Source: Guillardia theta CCMP2712 (lineage: Eukaryota > Protista > Cryptophyta). Taken from it: 64,000 nt of DNA. The notes under the pieces are model-generated. The model worked only from the letters and a program-made list of their open reading frames with translations. It searched no databases and was not told the DNA's origin. Positions 10,389-22,657 of this stretch are shown in pieces. Position 1 is the first letter of the stretch, and the number at the start of each line of letters is the position of its first letter. The position numbers were made by a program, and so were the translations under genes. The stretch lies in contig NW_005434512.1 in the NCBI RefSeq assembly GCF_000315625.1, forward strand, positions 1 to 64,000. Reading direction: 5' to 3'.

Positions 10389-12428
10389 TCACTTGCGGCA
10401 GGAAGCGCTTGCACGGGTGTCCACGCTAAGAGCATACAGTAAGAAACGCAAGGGGAGGAGAGGCCGACGAAGGTTGAGGAGATGGAGCAGGGGCATCATA
10501 GAGTAGCACGAGAGGAAGGAAGGAGGGGTAGGAAAGGGGGTGGGAACAAGACGGGAGAAGGAGTGAAGAGGAGTTCGCATGAGCATTGGGGACTTGAGAC
10601 AGCAGCAGCAGCATCGCTCACCCGGTGACAGGGTTCGTTCCCTGCAGGGTCGGATTCTTGCAGATCTTCTTGTTGTCAAAGTCGCCCATGTACCTGCTGG
10701 GCATGAGCTGGAGCAGCAGGCATGCTCGCCATCTCACGTGTCACTGAAATCAGAATCTGTCAGGTCGGATCCTTCGAACTCCGACCCGGACAAGACGGCG
10801 TTGGCGAAGATGGCGCCCTGAACATTCTCATGAGAAATGGAGACAAGGATGTTGTATCGGTCAGGAGGTGAGAAGACGAGGGAAAGGAGGAGCAGTCGGG
10901 AGCATCGCAGAAAGAGGAGCCAGTGGCCAAGAGGAGCAGGGAGGAGCAGAATCAGCAGAGGAGGAGACGGGGAGGAGGGAGGAGGGTGAGAGAGAGCAAG
11001 TGGAATAAACAACATTTTCTGCCTTCTTTCCTCACCTTGAAGGACGATTTCCTCCATGTTCCACGGTCCATCACAGCGTTGGAAAAGTCTGCGCCATCGA
11101 AGGTTGCCTCGTCGGCAAACACCTGGAGCATCCGTTCAGGTCCAGCGGGGAAGGGAGGGAGGGAGGAAAAGGAGGGAGAGGGAGGGAGAGAGGTATGGGA
11201 AGACACGGGCAGAGTGGTGCGGGGGAGGAGGAGGGACGAGAGAAGCCGCAAGAGAATGAGATTGAAGATGGAAAAGAGTGAAGAGGAGGGAGGGAGGGAG
11301 GGAGGGAGGGAGGGAGAGGGAGGGAGGGAGAGGGAGGGAGAGGGAGGGAGGGTGGGAGGGAGGGAGGAGAATGAGGAGGTTGTTGGAACCTTGGACATGA
11401 CAGCGTCCTTGAACTTCACTTTGGAGAAATCTCCCTTCTGCATCAAGGCTCCTGCACATGATTTTAACTTTGGCAACCGACAGGCATCCTCCTAGAGTCC
11501 TCACCCGCAAGGTCAAAACCTGTCGCATCCTTGCCGGCCATCGGGCACTCTCGCCTGGGGCCCTACGTCATGTCCCTACAAGAGGAGGAACACAGCAGCT
11601 ACAGATCGTAGAGCTTGTCACGAGCAGCATTGGCCTGCCCGATGGCTGAGGAGCGGAAGGTGCAACGATCCTTGGCCTTCCTGCTCGGCAAGGGTGGACG
11701 TGAGCGTCGGAGGAGAAGGCCGGGTGAAAGGGGGAGGGGAAGGTTGAGACGGGGGAGCCAACCAAGGAGGAGGAAGGATTGAGGGTAGGAGAGGAGCATT
11801 CATGTGAGAGAGGAGATGAAGGAGCATGAGAGCCAAGGAGGAGGATGTAGCTGGTTGCCTGTCAATAGGAGGGAAGTTGAACTTCAAGCTCGAGTCTGCC
11901 TGCACGTCGAGGGGAAGGACAGAGCTGCCAAGGATAAGAGCGCCCGCAACCTGGCCGACATCTTTCAGTGCTGAGTGCTTGGTCTTCTTCCTTGCTCAGT
12001 AGCTCGCATCCCTCCAGGATCCTGTGCTCGAATCCTCGCCGCACATCCCCCAACCGCGTGAGTTTGCACTTACAAAGCTGGCGACTTGCTTGCTGCTGAC
12101 TTCGATCTGTGGTTTCATGGCCATCTGGGGAGAGATAGCCTGCGAGAGGAGACGGAGAGTGAGAGTGTGAGAGAGAAGAGGTCCGAGCATGAGCTGACAT
12201 TGTTGCTTCTCAAAGTAGGAACGTGAAGCTTCGATGAACCTGAGGTTAGCCGTTCAGCAAGTGGAGATCAGCTCATTATCCTCCTCCTCTTCCTCTCCCT
12301 CCTCCTCCTCGTCGTGCAAATCTTATGCTCCCTTATCTGTGTTCACCTGTAGTGTGCATGAAAGCCTCTCCTTGGCTCATCACCGCTGCCGCCATCGCGC
12401 ACGCCATCATCGTTCGACGACCAGCCAT
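10389..12428 (-). CDS. Thylakoid lumenal 17.4 kDa pentapeptide-repeat protein (TL17-like), plastid-targeted
   Basis: Spliced product: MAGRRTMMACAMAAAVMSQGEA-FMHTT (signal + Phe) ... LILGSSVLPLDVQA-D (lumen signal) ... PPIDRKAKDRCTFRSSAIGQANAARDKLYDLRECP...ALMQKGDFSKVKFKDAVMSKVFADEATFDGADFSNAVMDR...GAIFANAVLSGSEFEGSDLTDSDFSDTYMGDFDNKKICKNP...CRK*. Collinear with plant TL17. Confidence 0.9.
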
Positions 12429-12534
12429 ATTCGCTTATGTGAACACACTTCGTTCTGTTGGTTCTAATATCTTCCTGAGATTTTCAACTCTGACTTCAAC
12501 TTTTCAGTTTTGACATCAATTTTTGATATTTACG

Positions 12535-13050
12535 CCCACCCTTCTAAAGCTGTAAGCAGGTTTTGGAACTTTGACCCTCACTGAATCAAACTTTCATACT
12601 TTCAAAGTTCAACGTTAACAGTCCGTACTTTGAACGGGCCCGGCGTCACCCGATCGGAACCGGGCCCCGGCGCCGCCGGCACCGCCCGGCCCGGTTCGGC
12701 CTGAGTGCGGCCGCGCTGGCACGGTCAGGTCATTGAGGTGAGGCGGCCCGGCGGGGGTCACCGTGAGCCCGGCCCCGGGAGTCACGGCGATTGCGGGCCG
12801 GGCCGCCCGATCGGCCGGGCCCGGCACTGCCAGAGAAGTCCTGAGGTCCCGCCGAGTCACTGAGATATCAGGGACTGGTCCACAAACTTTGAAAACCTGA
12901 GGGTTGTACCACCCTACCCACGTGTATGTACCCCACACTCTTTATTGAAACCCCATCAACATACCATATAGTACCCACCCTTTGTTATTACATTAAACTG
13001 CAGATGTGTAGCACCACCCCAGGAAATACCACCCCTATCTGCATCCTCTC
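12535..13050. promoter_or_regulatory. CCGG-dense island (~12630-12890) plus TACCC-rich block between divergent genes
   Basis: Dense CCGG/GGCC, CCACAAACTTT at ~12880, AGTACCCACCCTT at 12970-12982. Confidence 0.55.
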
Positions 13051-13058
13051 CAGCCCCA

Positions 13059-16000
13059 ATGGCGAATCCTGTGGCTGTGGAGGCGGTGCTGAGGGCAGCG
13101 GAGGAGGAGCGAAACATGGTAGAGGCTCTTCATCCTCTTCATCCTTCATGCCGAGCAGCTGTCATGCAGATGTTGAGGTGTGAACTTGGTGACGAGAGGA
13201 CGAGCCTTGGCTCCATGCACAACCTCACCAGAGTTAGCTGGCTGGCAATCATGCAGTCAGAACTGCCATGGCCGAGAGGAGCGGTGCGGCTGCTCCTCGA
13301 TACTGGAAACTCGTCTTCATGTGCCATGCTCTTCCATGCTGTCGCAGACATGAGCGTCCTCGAGCAGCACAGGAGTGGAGTCAGGTCTGAGTCTGTTTCT
13401 AGGACTCTAGCAGAATGTATGCTTGTTTGCGAGGAGTTTGCGAGCGATGAGGAGCGCGGAGAAGGGAGGGAGGAAGGGACAGCAGGAAACCGTCCAACAA
13501 CAGCTCGCGGGTCGCAAGATAGAGGGGGCAGGTCGAGAATGAGAGCAGAAGAAGGAGGAGCAGTGATGCGGTTGATGGTTGGGGCTTTGATCCGCCATGT
13601 TGAGTTGAATGAGGAGGACGGGAGGAATGAGCGAGTCTTCGGCATTCTCAGAGATGCTGTGAGAATGTTTCGTCAAGATCTCAAGTCCCATACGCTGCAA
13701 GGGAAGGACGCGCTCTTCCCGGAACCTGTTCAGAAACTCCTTGCTCTGCTCCGCGGGAGACAATGCTGTGATGTGAGCGATGAGTTTGCGACGAGAGACG
13801 TGCAAGCGTGCAGGAATCTGCTGCAGAGATACCTGGCGCCTCTGAGAGATGGCGAAAAGTCGCTGCCATGGCTATTTGATGCGGGATGGGAGAGTCTACA
13901 AGAATTGTTCGTGTTCTTGCGGAGGTACTTTGACGATGATCTTCAAGGTTGCAATCTGTTCCGATCTCCAGCTGGGAATCAGGATCTGCGGTTCTCTGGC
14001 AATGACAGTCCTCGTGAGATGCTCGGGCGCATCCTCGGAGTTCAGATCAGCGTTGTGAAGGCTGTTTCCTACAAAGTCAGCCATTTCTGGCACGAAATTC
14101 TGCTGCCAAGGGATGTTTTCTGTGTCCTTCATCACAATTACAATCCGAGCCGCCGTGATACCTCAGCTGTATCAACGAGAGACTTTGAAACTTGTAGATC
14201 AGTGTGCGATGGACATTTTCAGGTTTTCTTCTCCAAGGACTTGAGTTTCCCTGCCCTGGTACAACGCGCTATCTGCATATTGTGCTTGTACAGCTTCTTG
14301 GGAAGACGAGGAGGAGGGGGGCGGGAAGTAGGAGGAGAGGTGAGGAGGAGAGAGGAGGGGGTTGAGCTAGACGAGACAAGCTTTTTGAGCTTGGTCGAAT
14401 GGATTGCCGAAGAAGCCTCGCACAACTTGAAACAACAATTCTGCTTGTGGTACCTATCGTTGCAGATAATGACGAGGTTATCGATATTGTCGTTGGGAGG
14501 AGGAGGATCAGGAGGAGGTGGAGGAGGCGCTTCTTCCATCACCTTCAGCTCCCTCCTCTCATGTCTCAGTTTCAAGCATGCGAGGCCAGATGCCCCGGTC
14601 ATGGGCGTGCAGCTCCACCCGAGCCTTCGCGACGAGGCACAGGAGCTTCACATTCCGCAACTCTCTGCCATCCTCCTCCTTCGCCTCCTCACCGACTTCA
14701 GATGCGTGCAGGATCTGCTGAGAAGACGGAGGATGCCTGGCAGAGGTGACCGGGAGGATGTAGCGAGGGCGTTTGCGGGAAAGGAGGAGGATAGAGCTTG
14801 TCGCCTGATGTGGGGGCTGGTTCTCAGCAGCAAGAAGTTGGCGAGAGTGGTGAAGGAGGAGGAGATGAAGGTACGAGTGGATTATGCGACTTGCCTGCTG
14901 TTCGAGTTGCGATCGAGGTTGTTCGAGGGGGAAGACTTCATGGCTGAGACGTTTGTGAAGTTTCACGACGACAGGTCGGAAGGGACGATGAGAAGGACGG
15001 CGAGGATAGATGACGACGACGTCATGTTTCTCGCCCGACAATGTCCAATGATGATTGTGCACCTGATCGCTGATCGCTCGGCTGGTCAGCAGCGTGAAGT
15101 GATCTTCAAGTTTTGTGAAGCTCTGGATGGGGAGGAGAACAGGGTTGAGGACGGAGACAGGATGGAGGAGGAGCAGGAGGAGCGAAGGAGGGGATCGTTG
15201 CTTTCCTTGTATTCTCAGGTTGACGATGGACGGCGATCATCGAGATGGCTGTGCCTTCTTGTCAAACTCTGCGAGAGGCTGCACCGGGATGATGGAGGGA
15301 CGGTGAGGACGCGGCAGGTGCGAGAGGCGGAGGACTTGTTTGAACTCGAGCTCGTGGGCGAAGACTTGTTGCTGGACGATGAAGTGGATAGGAAGTCGCA
15401 GCAGATCGAGAAGAACATCAAGGCATGTCGACTTCAACTTGTCCTGTGGTTGTTCGACAGGATTCTCTTCTGGCGATCTTCCCTGCGCCATGCCAATCCA
15501 GATACCTCCTCCTCCCCCTCCTCCTCCTCCTCCTCCTGCTTCTCCTCTCCTGACAGGCTCGCGATGATGCAGCGGGCTTGCGAGGAGTTGATGAGAAGAA
15601 AGGCGATCATCGCTCGCGCGTCTCCTGCTGTTGCTTCTCTGCTCGCAAATTTCCAGGAAGATCTGATGCTTGCTCGGCAGAACATGAGGTGGACAAGTGA
15701 GAAGAGGAACAAAAGGCGCAGAGAGGAGGAGGAAGAGGATGGCAGATGGGAGGAGCTGATGGAGGACGACGTCGGGGAGGAGAAGCTGAGGAGCAATGGG
15801 AACGCAACGGAGGAGTCATCAGCAAGCAAGTGCATCGTGCGGTGCCATGTTGCAAGTGGGAGAAGCTCGTGGATGAACCTTCGAGGCGACGTGGAGCGAG
15901 TCTGCAGCAAGAGGAGCAGGACAGGGAGAGGGCTGCTGCAGGAGATTCTCGTGACAGAGTGTGCAGATCGTAACGTCTGGGAAGTTACGGAGAAGTTGAT

Positions 16001-19000
16001 GCTGATGAAGGACGTTGACGACGATGTTGTTTGTGACGTAATTTGTGAATCCTTGAAAGCTCCTCGGATGGGCCGGAGCGTCGGGGCTGAGCAGGTGGCC
16101 TTGTTGGTCTTCCTCTTGACGAGGGGAGGAGAGAGGGAGGTCAAGGAAGTTTGGAGTCGTTTCGAGGGCTCGTGTATGCATGACGATGCGAGGCGTTGGA
16201 TCAGATTGTTGAGGGGGTTGGTCGGTGAAGGCATGAAGTTGAAAGGTGAGCAACCCTTACGCTGAGTAGTTCTCCTCTCCTCTCGCAACTCTGTCGAATG
16301 TTGTTTTGTTCGATTTTTCTTGAACTTCTTTGTTTGGACTGCATTTGCTTTGCTCAAGTTCTCCTCTCCTCTCCTCTCCTCTCCTCTCCTCCTCTCCACC
16401 TTTCTTTCCACAGCGCTCCTCGTCTCTGCTCTGTCAAATTCAAGTACGTCTATTCTGATATCGATTCTCAGATTTGCGGACTGAGGGCTTCTGGAGTAGA
16501 CTTTTCAATCTCTGCGAACAGTCAGGAGCGGATTTGACGTTTTCTCCTGCTCTCTCACAGACTCTCATCAGAGAAGTTGTTGTAAGGGATGACAAACTCT
16601 GTCTTGACCTCTACAACGACGATCGTCGATATCTCCATCATCTCATCAGAGCAGTTGAGGCCTCGCCTCAGCACTTTGCCGTCTACTGGAGCTCAACGCT
16701 ATCCTTCGAGGAGGGCGAGGAGGGGGAGCACGATTCGGGAAGGATGAATGCTGTCGTTACCTTCCTGCTCATTGTACATTCTCTCAAGACAAACAAGATG
16801 CAGCATGTTGGGCAATTCCTTCGCATCATGGTTGAAACGCTGCATGCAAGAGGTGTGAGTGCGTCTTCCTCGTTGTTGGCGATGCTATCAACCGGGCTGC
16901 CTTGCACTGACTTGCGGTCAATCAAGTCTTCTACCTCGCTCGCATCTCTCTCCACAAGTGCTGTGGCTCGATGGCTGCTATCCTTCCCCTTCTTCTCCGC
17001 CCGTCGGGCTCTTGAACTTGCTACCTTGCAGACGGCTGCTGAAACTCGAGCAGACTTGCTAGCACGCGTCCAGGACGGCAGCACAACCCTTCTCTCTGTG
17101 ATCAGACTCCTCGGAGAGCTCCAAGTCGATTTCACCTCCCTCTCCCAGCACATAGCCGATCTAGTCCGAGCTCAACGCGAGGAGGGATCAGTACATGTCA
17201 GTATATTGCTGCGGAACTTGCAGGCAGTCTGTTTGTCGTCGGACCTCTCAGTCCTCCACCGGCTGCGCGCAGACGCTGGTAGGCGTCCAGGCTCCATCAT
17301 CAGGTTGTGCAGGTGCAGCGATGAGGGAGTGCTCGAGGAGGAGACGATGGAGTTTCGTGCGGTCATGGACGAGATCGATGTGAGTGATGCAGAGTTTGCA
17401 CACTAACTTTCACAATCTTACTTTTGATCGCTTTTTACCTCATCTCACCTCATCTCATCTCATCTCATCTCATCTCATCTCATCTCATCTCATCTCATCT
17501 CATCTCATCTCATCTCATCACCGCGTCGCGTCGCGTCGCGTCGCGTCGCATCTCATTTTCCCCTTTCATCTCATCTTATCTTATCTCATCATGCCTTCTC
17601 CTCTCACTTCTTTTCTTTGCAGCTGCACGCCTTTCTTGACCGCGGCGTTGAGTTTGGCGATGACATGGACAACTCCTCCTCCTTCTCATTCTCGGTTCGA
17701 TGTGATGATTCCAATGCTCCGCTCAAGAACTATCCACCATCCCTCTTCTCCTTCCTCCAACACAAAGATCGCAGGGTACGCTCTCTTGTCTCGTTCCTCC
17801 TTGTCTTATCCCGTTCCTCTCGATCTCCGTCGTCGTCGCCATCAGATTCGGGTCAAAGCTCTTCATGCCGCCTCCAACATGGAGCTCAACACCAAGATTT
17901 ACGTGCAGCTCGCTAAGGATGCGCTGGAGACGGTGCGGAGCTTGCAGACGGAGGAGGAGATGGAGGTGAGATAGGTTGACGTGAAAGAGAGTATTCACCG
18001 TTGCTAGGTGTTGTTGAGACTCGTAGCGAGCGCGGGCAGGGCAGCGCTGCAGCAAGGGAGCCTGTCGGCCAAGATGTGGAAGGAATGGATGAGGAAGATG
18101 AGAAGAAAAGTGGTAGTTCACTATCCTCCTCCTCCTGCCTTTTCTCATCTCTCCTCCTCACTTCGTCCCTCCCTCTCATGCTCCCTTCTACTTCAGGTTT
18201 GTATCCTTGCCGGATATCTCAGGAAGTCCGGCAAGCAGGAGCAGGAAGCGACTCTCAGTTGGCCGTGCGTCAGAAGATGCCTCGTAGTTCTTGCCGCCTG
18301 CTCCTGCTCTTCCGACGGACACGATGAGCGAGGAGCAGCGGAGGAGGAGGAAGGAGAGGAGGAGCAGGAGGTGGAAGAGAGTATGGCAGTTCTGGCGACA
18401 CAAGTCATCACGATGGGGATGAAGAAGTTAGCGAGGAGCGACGATCAGGACTGTTGGAGGGCCATCGCTGGAGCTGCTGACCTGCTCGTCGAGGACGTGA
18501 AGCAGCAGGTGTGCCCCTCCCTTCCCGCCCATCTCGGTCCTGGTCCAGCCTTCCTCGCCCATCCGTCTCCTCCTCCACCCTCCTCCCTCCTTGTCTCGTG
18601 TCCTCACTACACGACCAGGATGAGACGACCGTGCGTATGGTTCTTGCAAGGCTGCTGGGGTTTAGCTCGAGCTGGCTACTCTCGTTACAGGAGACAGCAG
18701 ACCAGAGGCGGCAGGAGGAGGAGCAGCGCAAGAGCACGAGTAACACAGCGAGCTTGTGGCATCTGCTCGAAGCCTCCGTCCTCAAAATCTGCGCGTCCAG
18801 GTTCGTCTCCTCCTCAGCTTCAGCTAGAACCCTCCTTCCCCTCTTCTCCCTGCTTCCCGCTCACCACCTACTTCGCTCTGCTGCTCTTGTTTCCCCGGTC
18901 TTTTCTGCCTCTAACCCTTCTTGATTGTTTCATCCCCCCCCTCCCCCTTCATTGCAGCCTGTCTGTCTCTTCCTCCCGTAGCCCCTCCTTGTTGTCGCCT

Positions 19001-19153
19001 CCTCCCCTCTCATCTTGTGCCAGGGCCAGTCTCGCCCGTGCGGGAGCATCCGAGGTCAGGAAGCAGCTGGAAGAGTGCTTGGAGCTTGAGGTCCACAGCT
19101 TCGCCCTGCTAGCGCGTCTCCTCTCCGCCATCGAGCAGATAGAGAGCAAGTGA
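13059..19153 (+). CDS. Large hypothetical alpha-helical protein, multi-exon
   Basis: 1068-aa first ORF and further Leu-rich coding-like blocks at ~16410-17390, 17620-17965 and 18010-19153, separated by pyrimidine-rich introns; no family recognised. Confidence 0.7.
17441..17549. repeat. (CATCT)n then (GCGTC)n pentamer microsatellites, intronic
   Basis: Direct reading. Confidence 0.95.
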
Positions 19154-19279
19154 AGTGCATAGTCGAAAGTCGATGCTCGAAGTTTGAGATTCATCAGCCT
19201 CTACTTCGACTGACCTGAATCCTCTGCTCTCCGTTCCGCTACTGAGCTCTTACTTCAACTCTCTCCCTCCTACTGTCTC

Positions 19280-19380
19280 CACTCTCTCCCTCTCCCTCTC
19301 CCTCTCCCTCTCCCTCTCCCTCTCCCTCTCCCTCTCCCTCTCCCTCTCCCCCTCCCTCTCTCTCCCTCTCCCTCTGCCTC
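19280..19380. repeat. (CCCTCT)n microsatellite, intergenic
   Basis: Direct reading. Confidence 0.9.
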
Positions 19381-19651
19381 TCTCTCCCTCTTCCTCTCTC
19401 TTCTGCTGCTACTTCTTCTCTCTTCCGTGTAAGTAGAAGAAACATCTCATTTCGCTTTCTTCCAAGGGGTCTCAGCCCATGTACTACCCCCCAACCCCCT
19501 TCAATTTTCAGTACCCTACCCCCAAATACCAAAGAATCTTTCGTACCCATATAAACGTCTCTTTCTTGCTCTATATTTAAGGGTGGTGTGATATACCCCT
19601 CAGGTACCTACCCTTGTACACCTCACCCACCCCTGATTCCATCTGATCGCG

Positions 19652-21096
19652 ATGGCAACCGGAGCGGCAGGAATCGGAGCATGGACGAAGAAGCTGGCGG
19701 AGAAGACGCCGACACCAGGAGGAGGAGCAGCAGGTAAGAGACACAGAGGAAACTTGAGGACGGATGGAAGGTAGAGGAGGAGGCGACCATGACGACGACG
19801 ACAACGATGAGAGGGAGAGAAAGTGCAGTTCGGGGTAAAAGGAGGGAGACAAGGACGCTGTTGTCTGATGTAGGTGGATCAACCGTAGACGTGTATTCAC
19901 GAAGGATGGTGAAAGAAAGAGGAAGAGGTAAAAGATGTATGGAAGTCAGGGATGCGAAGGAGTAGGGTGAGAGTGAAGGGGGTGGGTTAAGCAGGGGGCG
20001 CAACACCTGGAGGACACGAGGAGACGTTGGATGGACACACAGAGGAGGAGGAGAGACTGGAACTGATCACTGTCATGATATACTGCTTGTTTCTGATCAC
20101 CATGCTCTCTGACAGCTGCTGTCTGTGGAGCGATCGGTGCGGCGGCAGGGGCCATGGCGGCCATATACACCACTAGGAAGAAGGACGAGGAGACGGGAGT
20201 GGCGGAGAAAGCCCGTGCGCTGTCCGAGTCTCTCAAGCAGACTTCACAGAAGTGTATGGAGATCGCAGACGAGGACGAGGAGGCGTATGCCGCGCTGCAG
20301 GCCAGCTGGAAAGACAGCAGTATGACGGCAGAGCAGAAGGCCAAGGTACGAGGGCAGGGATGGTAGACCCTGCTCATCCCTCCTCCCCAGGTGGAGGCGA
20401 CGGCTCTGGACGTGCCTGTCCGTCTCCTCAAGCTCTGCCATGCCGAGGCCCTCAAGGTGCACGAGTTCATCCCCTCGTGCAACCCCAACATCGTCTCGGA
20501 CGCCAAGGTCTGTCTTCCCACTCCTCTCCTCATGCTGGCCATGGCTGAGGACGGTATCCTACAGGTTGCGATCCACCTCATGGCTGGGGCAGGTCGTGCT
20601 GCCTACCAGACTGTCCTCGTCAACAATCCTCCCGATGCTGTCAAGGTCACAAAGCTCCCCTCCCCTCCCCTCCCCTCCCCTCCCCTCCCTTTTGCCCCCC
20701 TGCCCCACACCACATCATCCTTCCTTGACCTTCCTCCATATTGACTTTTACTCGTTCACCTTCTCATCAGTCCACTTCAATCCCGTCGTCTCCCCCTTGC
20801 CTCCCCTTCCCCATCCTCTCCCCTTCCCCATCCTCTCCCCTTCCCCATCCTCTCCCCTTCCCCATCCTCTCCCCTTCCCCCGACTCTCTTCGCTGCCCTC
20901 CCCTATCCTCTTCGGTTACTTCTCTTCCCCTCCCCTGACTCTTCTTCTTCTCCTCTTTGTCCCCCCTCCCTTCACTCCTCTCTCCCTCCCCTCTTCTCTT
21001 CATCCCGGTACCTCCCCCTCCTCCTCACATCGCTGCCAGGCGGAGCTGCAACCTCTCCTGCAGGACTTGAAATCTTTCGAAGAGGCTCTACTGTGA
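19652..21096 (+). CDS. Stand-alone formiminotransferase-cyclodeaminase C-terminal domain protein (FTCD_C / methenyl-THF cyclohydrolase FchA-like); 5 exons
   Basis: Exons ~19652-19733, 20116-20345, 20391-20507, 20565-20645 and 21040-21096 give WTKKLAEKTPTPGGGAAAAVCGAIGAAAGAMAAIYT...ADEDEEAYAAL...ALDVPVRL...CNPNIVSDAKVA...AGAGRAAYQTVLVN, the hallmark FTCD_C motifs. Confidence 0.88.
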
Positions 21097-21149
21097 TCTC
21101 GCTGCGACGCTACCCTGATCTCCTTGAGTACACTTCCAGTCTCCTTGGC

Positions 21150-22460
21150 TGCTCTCGCACCTCCCAGAGTCAGACCGTACTCGCTGACACACCGTCACTG
21201 CGCTGTCCGGACCCCGGTCACTTACCAGGTGGTCCGACGGGGCTGCCGCTAGTCCCTCACGAGTCAGCCGCACTGACCTAGCCGCTGAGGCTGACACAGG
21301 CCCTGTTGAGTGAATCCTGAACCGTGCAACAGCGGCCGCGCACCGCCGGGCTGCGAGGCAGGTCCGTCCTCAGGAACTTCGCGGCGCCGTGCCTCCATCA
21401 CAAATTCGGGGCCGGGCCGGGGCCGCTGGCGCCCGGACCCGGTCCGGGACATCACCGTCACTGTGTGGACGGCCCGGGCCGACGGTTCCGGTCCGACAGC
21501 CTCCGGCGCCGGGCACTGACGGCCCGGGCCCGTTCATTATTAAGTTGTCACCCGTTGCGATGCTGAACAGTCGTCTAAAACATTTTTAAGAACTTTCACA
21601 ACGGGGGTGTCAGGATGGGGAGGTGGGGGTGGGGGTGGGGGTGCTTTGCAGGCGAGAAGGGTCATGGTGGGGTCATTATGACTGGAAAAATCAGGGGTGG
21701 GAACTTACTGGTATTAAAGGGGACCTCCCTCCTTCAAATGACCCCACCCCCTCAATTGTAGGAGGATATATGACCCGGTACTTGACTCTCAATCATATCA
21801 CTACCGGTACTAAGTTCAGTCTCAGGTACCCCTCCTTTACCTGCAAATATTAATCACTCCGTCATCAGTACCCACCCCACCCCTCGTCACGATCAGTTCC
21901 TACCCAGCCCACCTGTTCCATCTTCTCGCAGGATCCTGTTGAAAAGCAGGGGGTGGGGGTACCCACAAATTTCGACCCTACCCCCTAAGGAAGGGGTTCT
22001 CAATAACAGATCTTCTTCAAGCACAAGTCTCGCAAGGGCAAGATGGGGTACTTGTCAGTATATTCGGGGGTAGGGGTACTGGGTTGGAGCGGCCGGGTTT
22101 GGGCATGATGGTGAAAGCAGAGGGCGGTGAGGGTCTTGAGAGAAGAATTAGGGGGTGGGGTGGGATGCTGGTAATCGAGCGCATGGGGTCATCAAGTTTG
22201 AGGGTGTATATTGAGGGGGTAGGGGTAAAGAACACAAGGGGTAGTCTGCTCATGACTAGTCAGTGAGCCCTTCAAACTTCATACATTACCAGGGGTACTC
22301 GACAACAAGGGGTGCTCGAATCAGCGGTTCGAGGAAAGAGGGGGTGGGGTACGGTAGCTTCAGGATCCTTACAGTAGGAGGGGTCCTGGTGGGAAATCTC
22401 ACAAGCACAGGTGCGATTGGACTGAAGTGGGTGGGTGGGGGTGGGGTGGATGGGGCAAGG
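21150..22460. promoter_or_regulatory. CCGG-dense island (~21150-21560) followed by ~850 bp of GGGGTA/TACCC-rich sequence
   Basis: Direct reading; TCAGTACCCACCC at 21865-21877; G-tract cluster at ~21617-21641. Confidence 0.5.
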
Positions 22461-22657
22461 AGTTCATGCGGAGAATGTTGGTGGAACGGACTGGATGTGG
22501 TGGAATGGCTCGAGGAGAGGAGAGGAGAGGGAGAGGACGAGGAGAGGAGAGGACGTAGAGAGGAGAGGACACGGAGAGGTCAGGACATAGAGGGATCTGA
22601 GGACGGAGAGAGGGGAGGGAGGCTCAAGGCTTCGAGCTGGAGAGGGCAAGACTGGAA

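Noticed and set aside
21600-22460. Interstitial telomeric repeats
   Set aside because: The G-rich words are irregular and in both orientations, not a tandem telomere unit.
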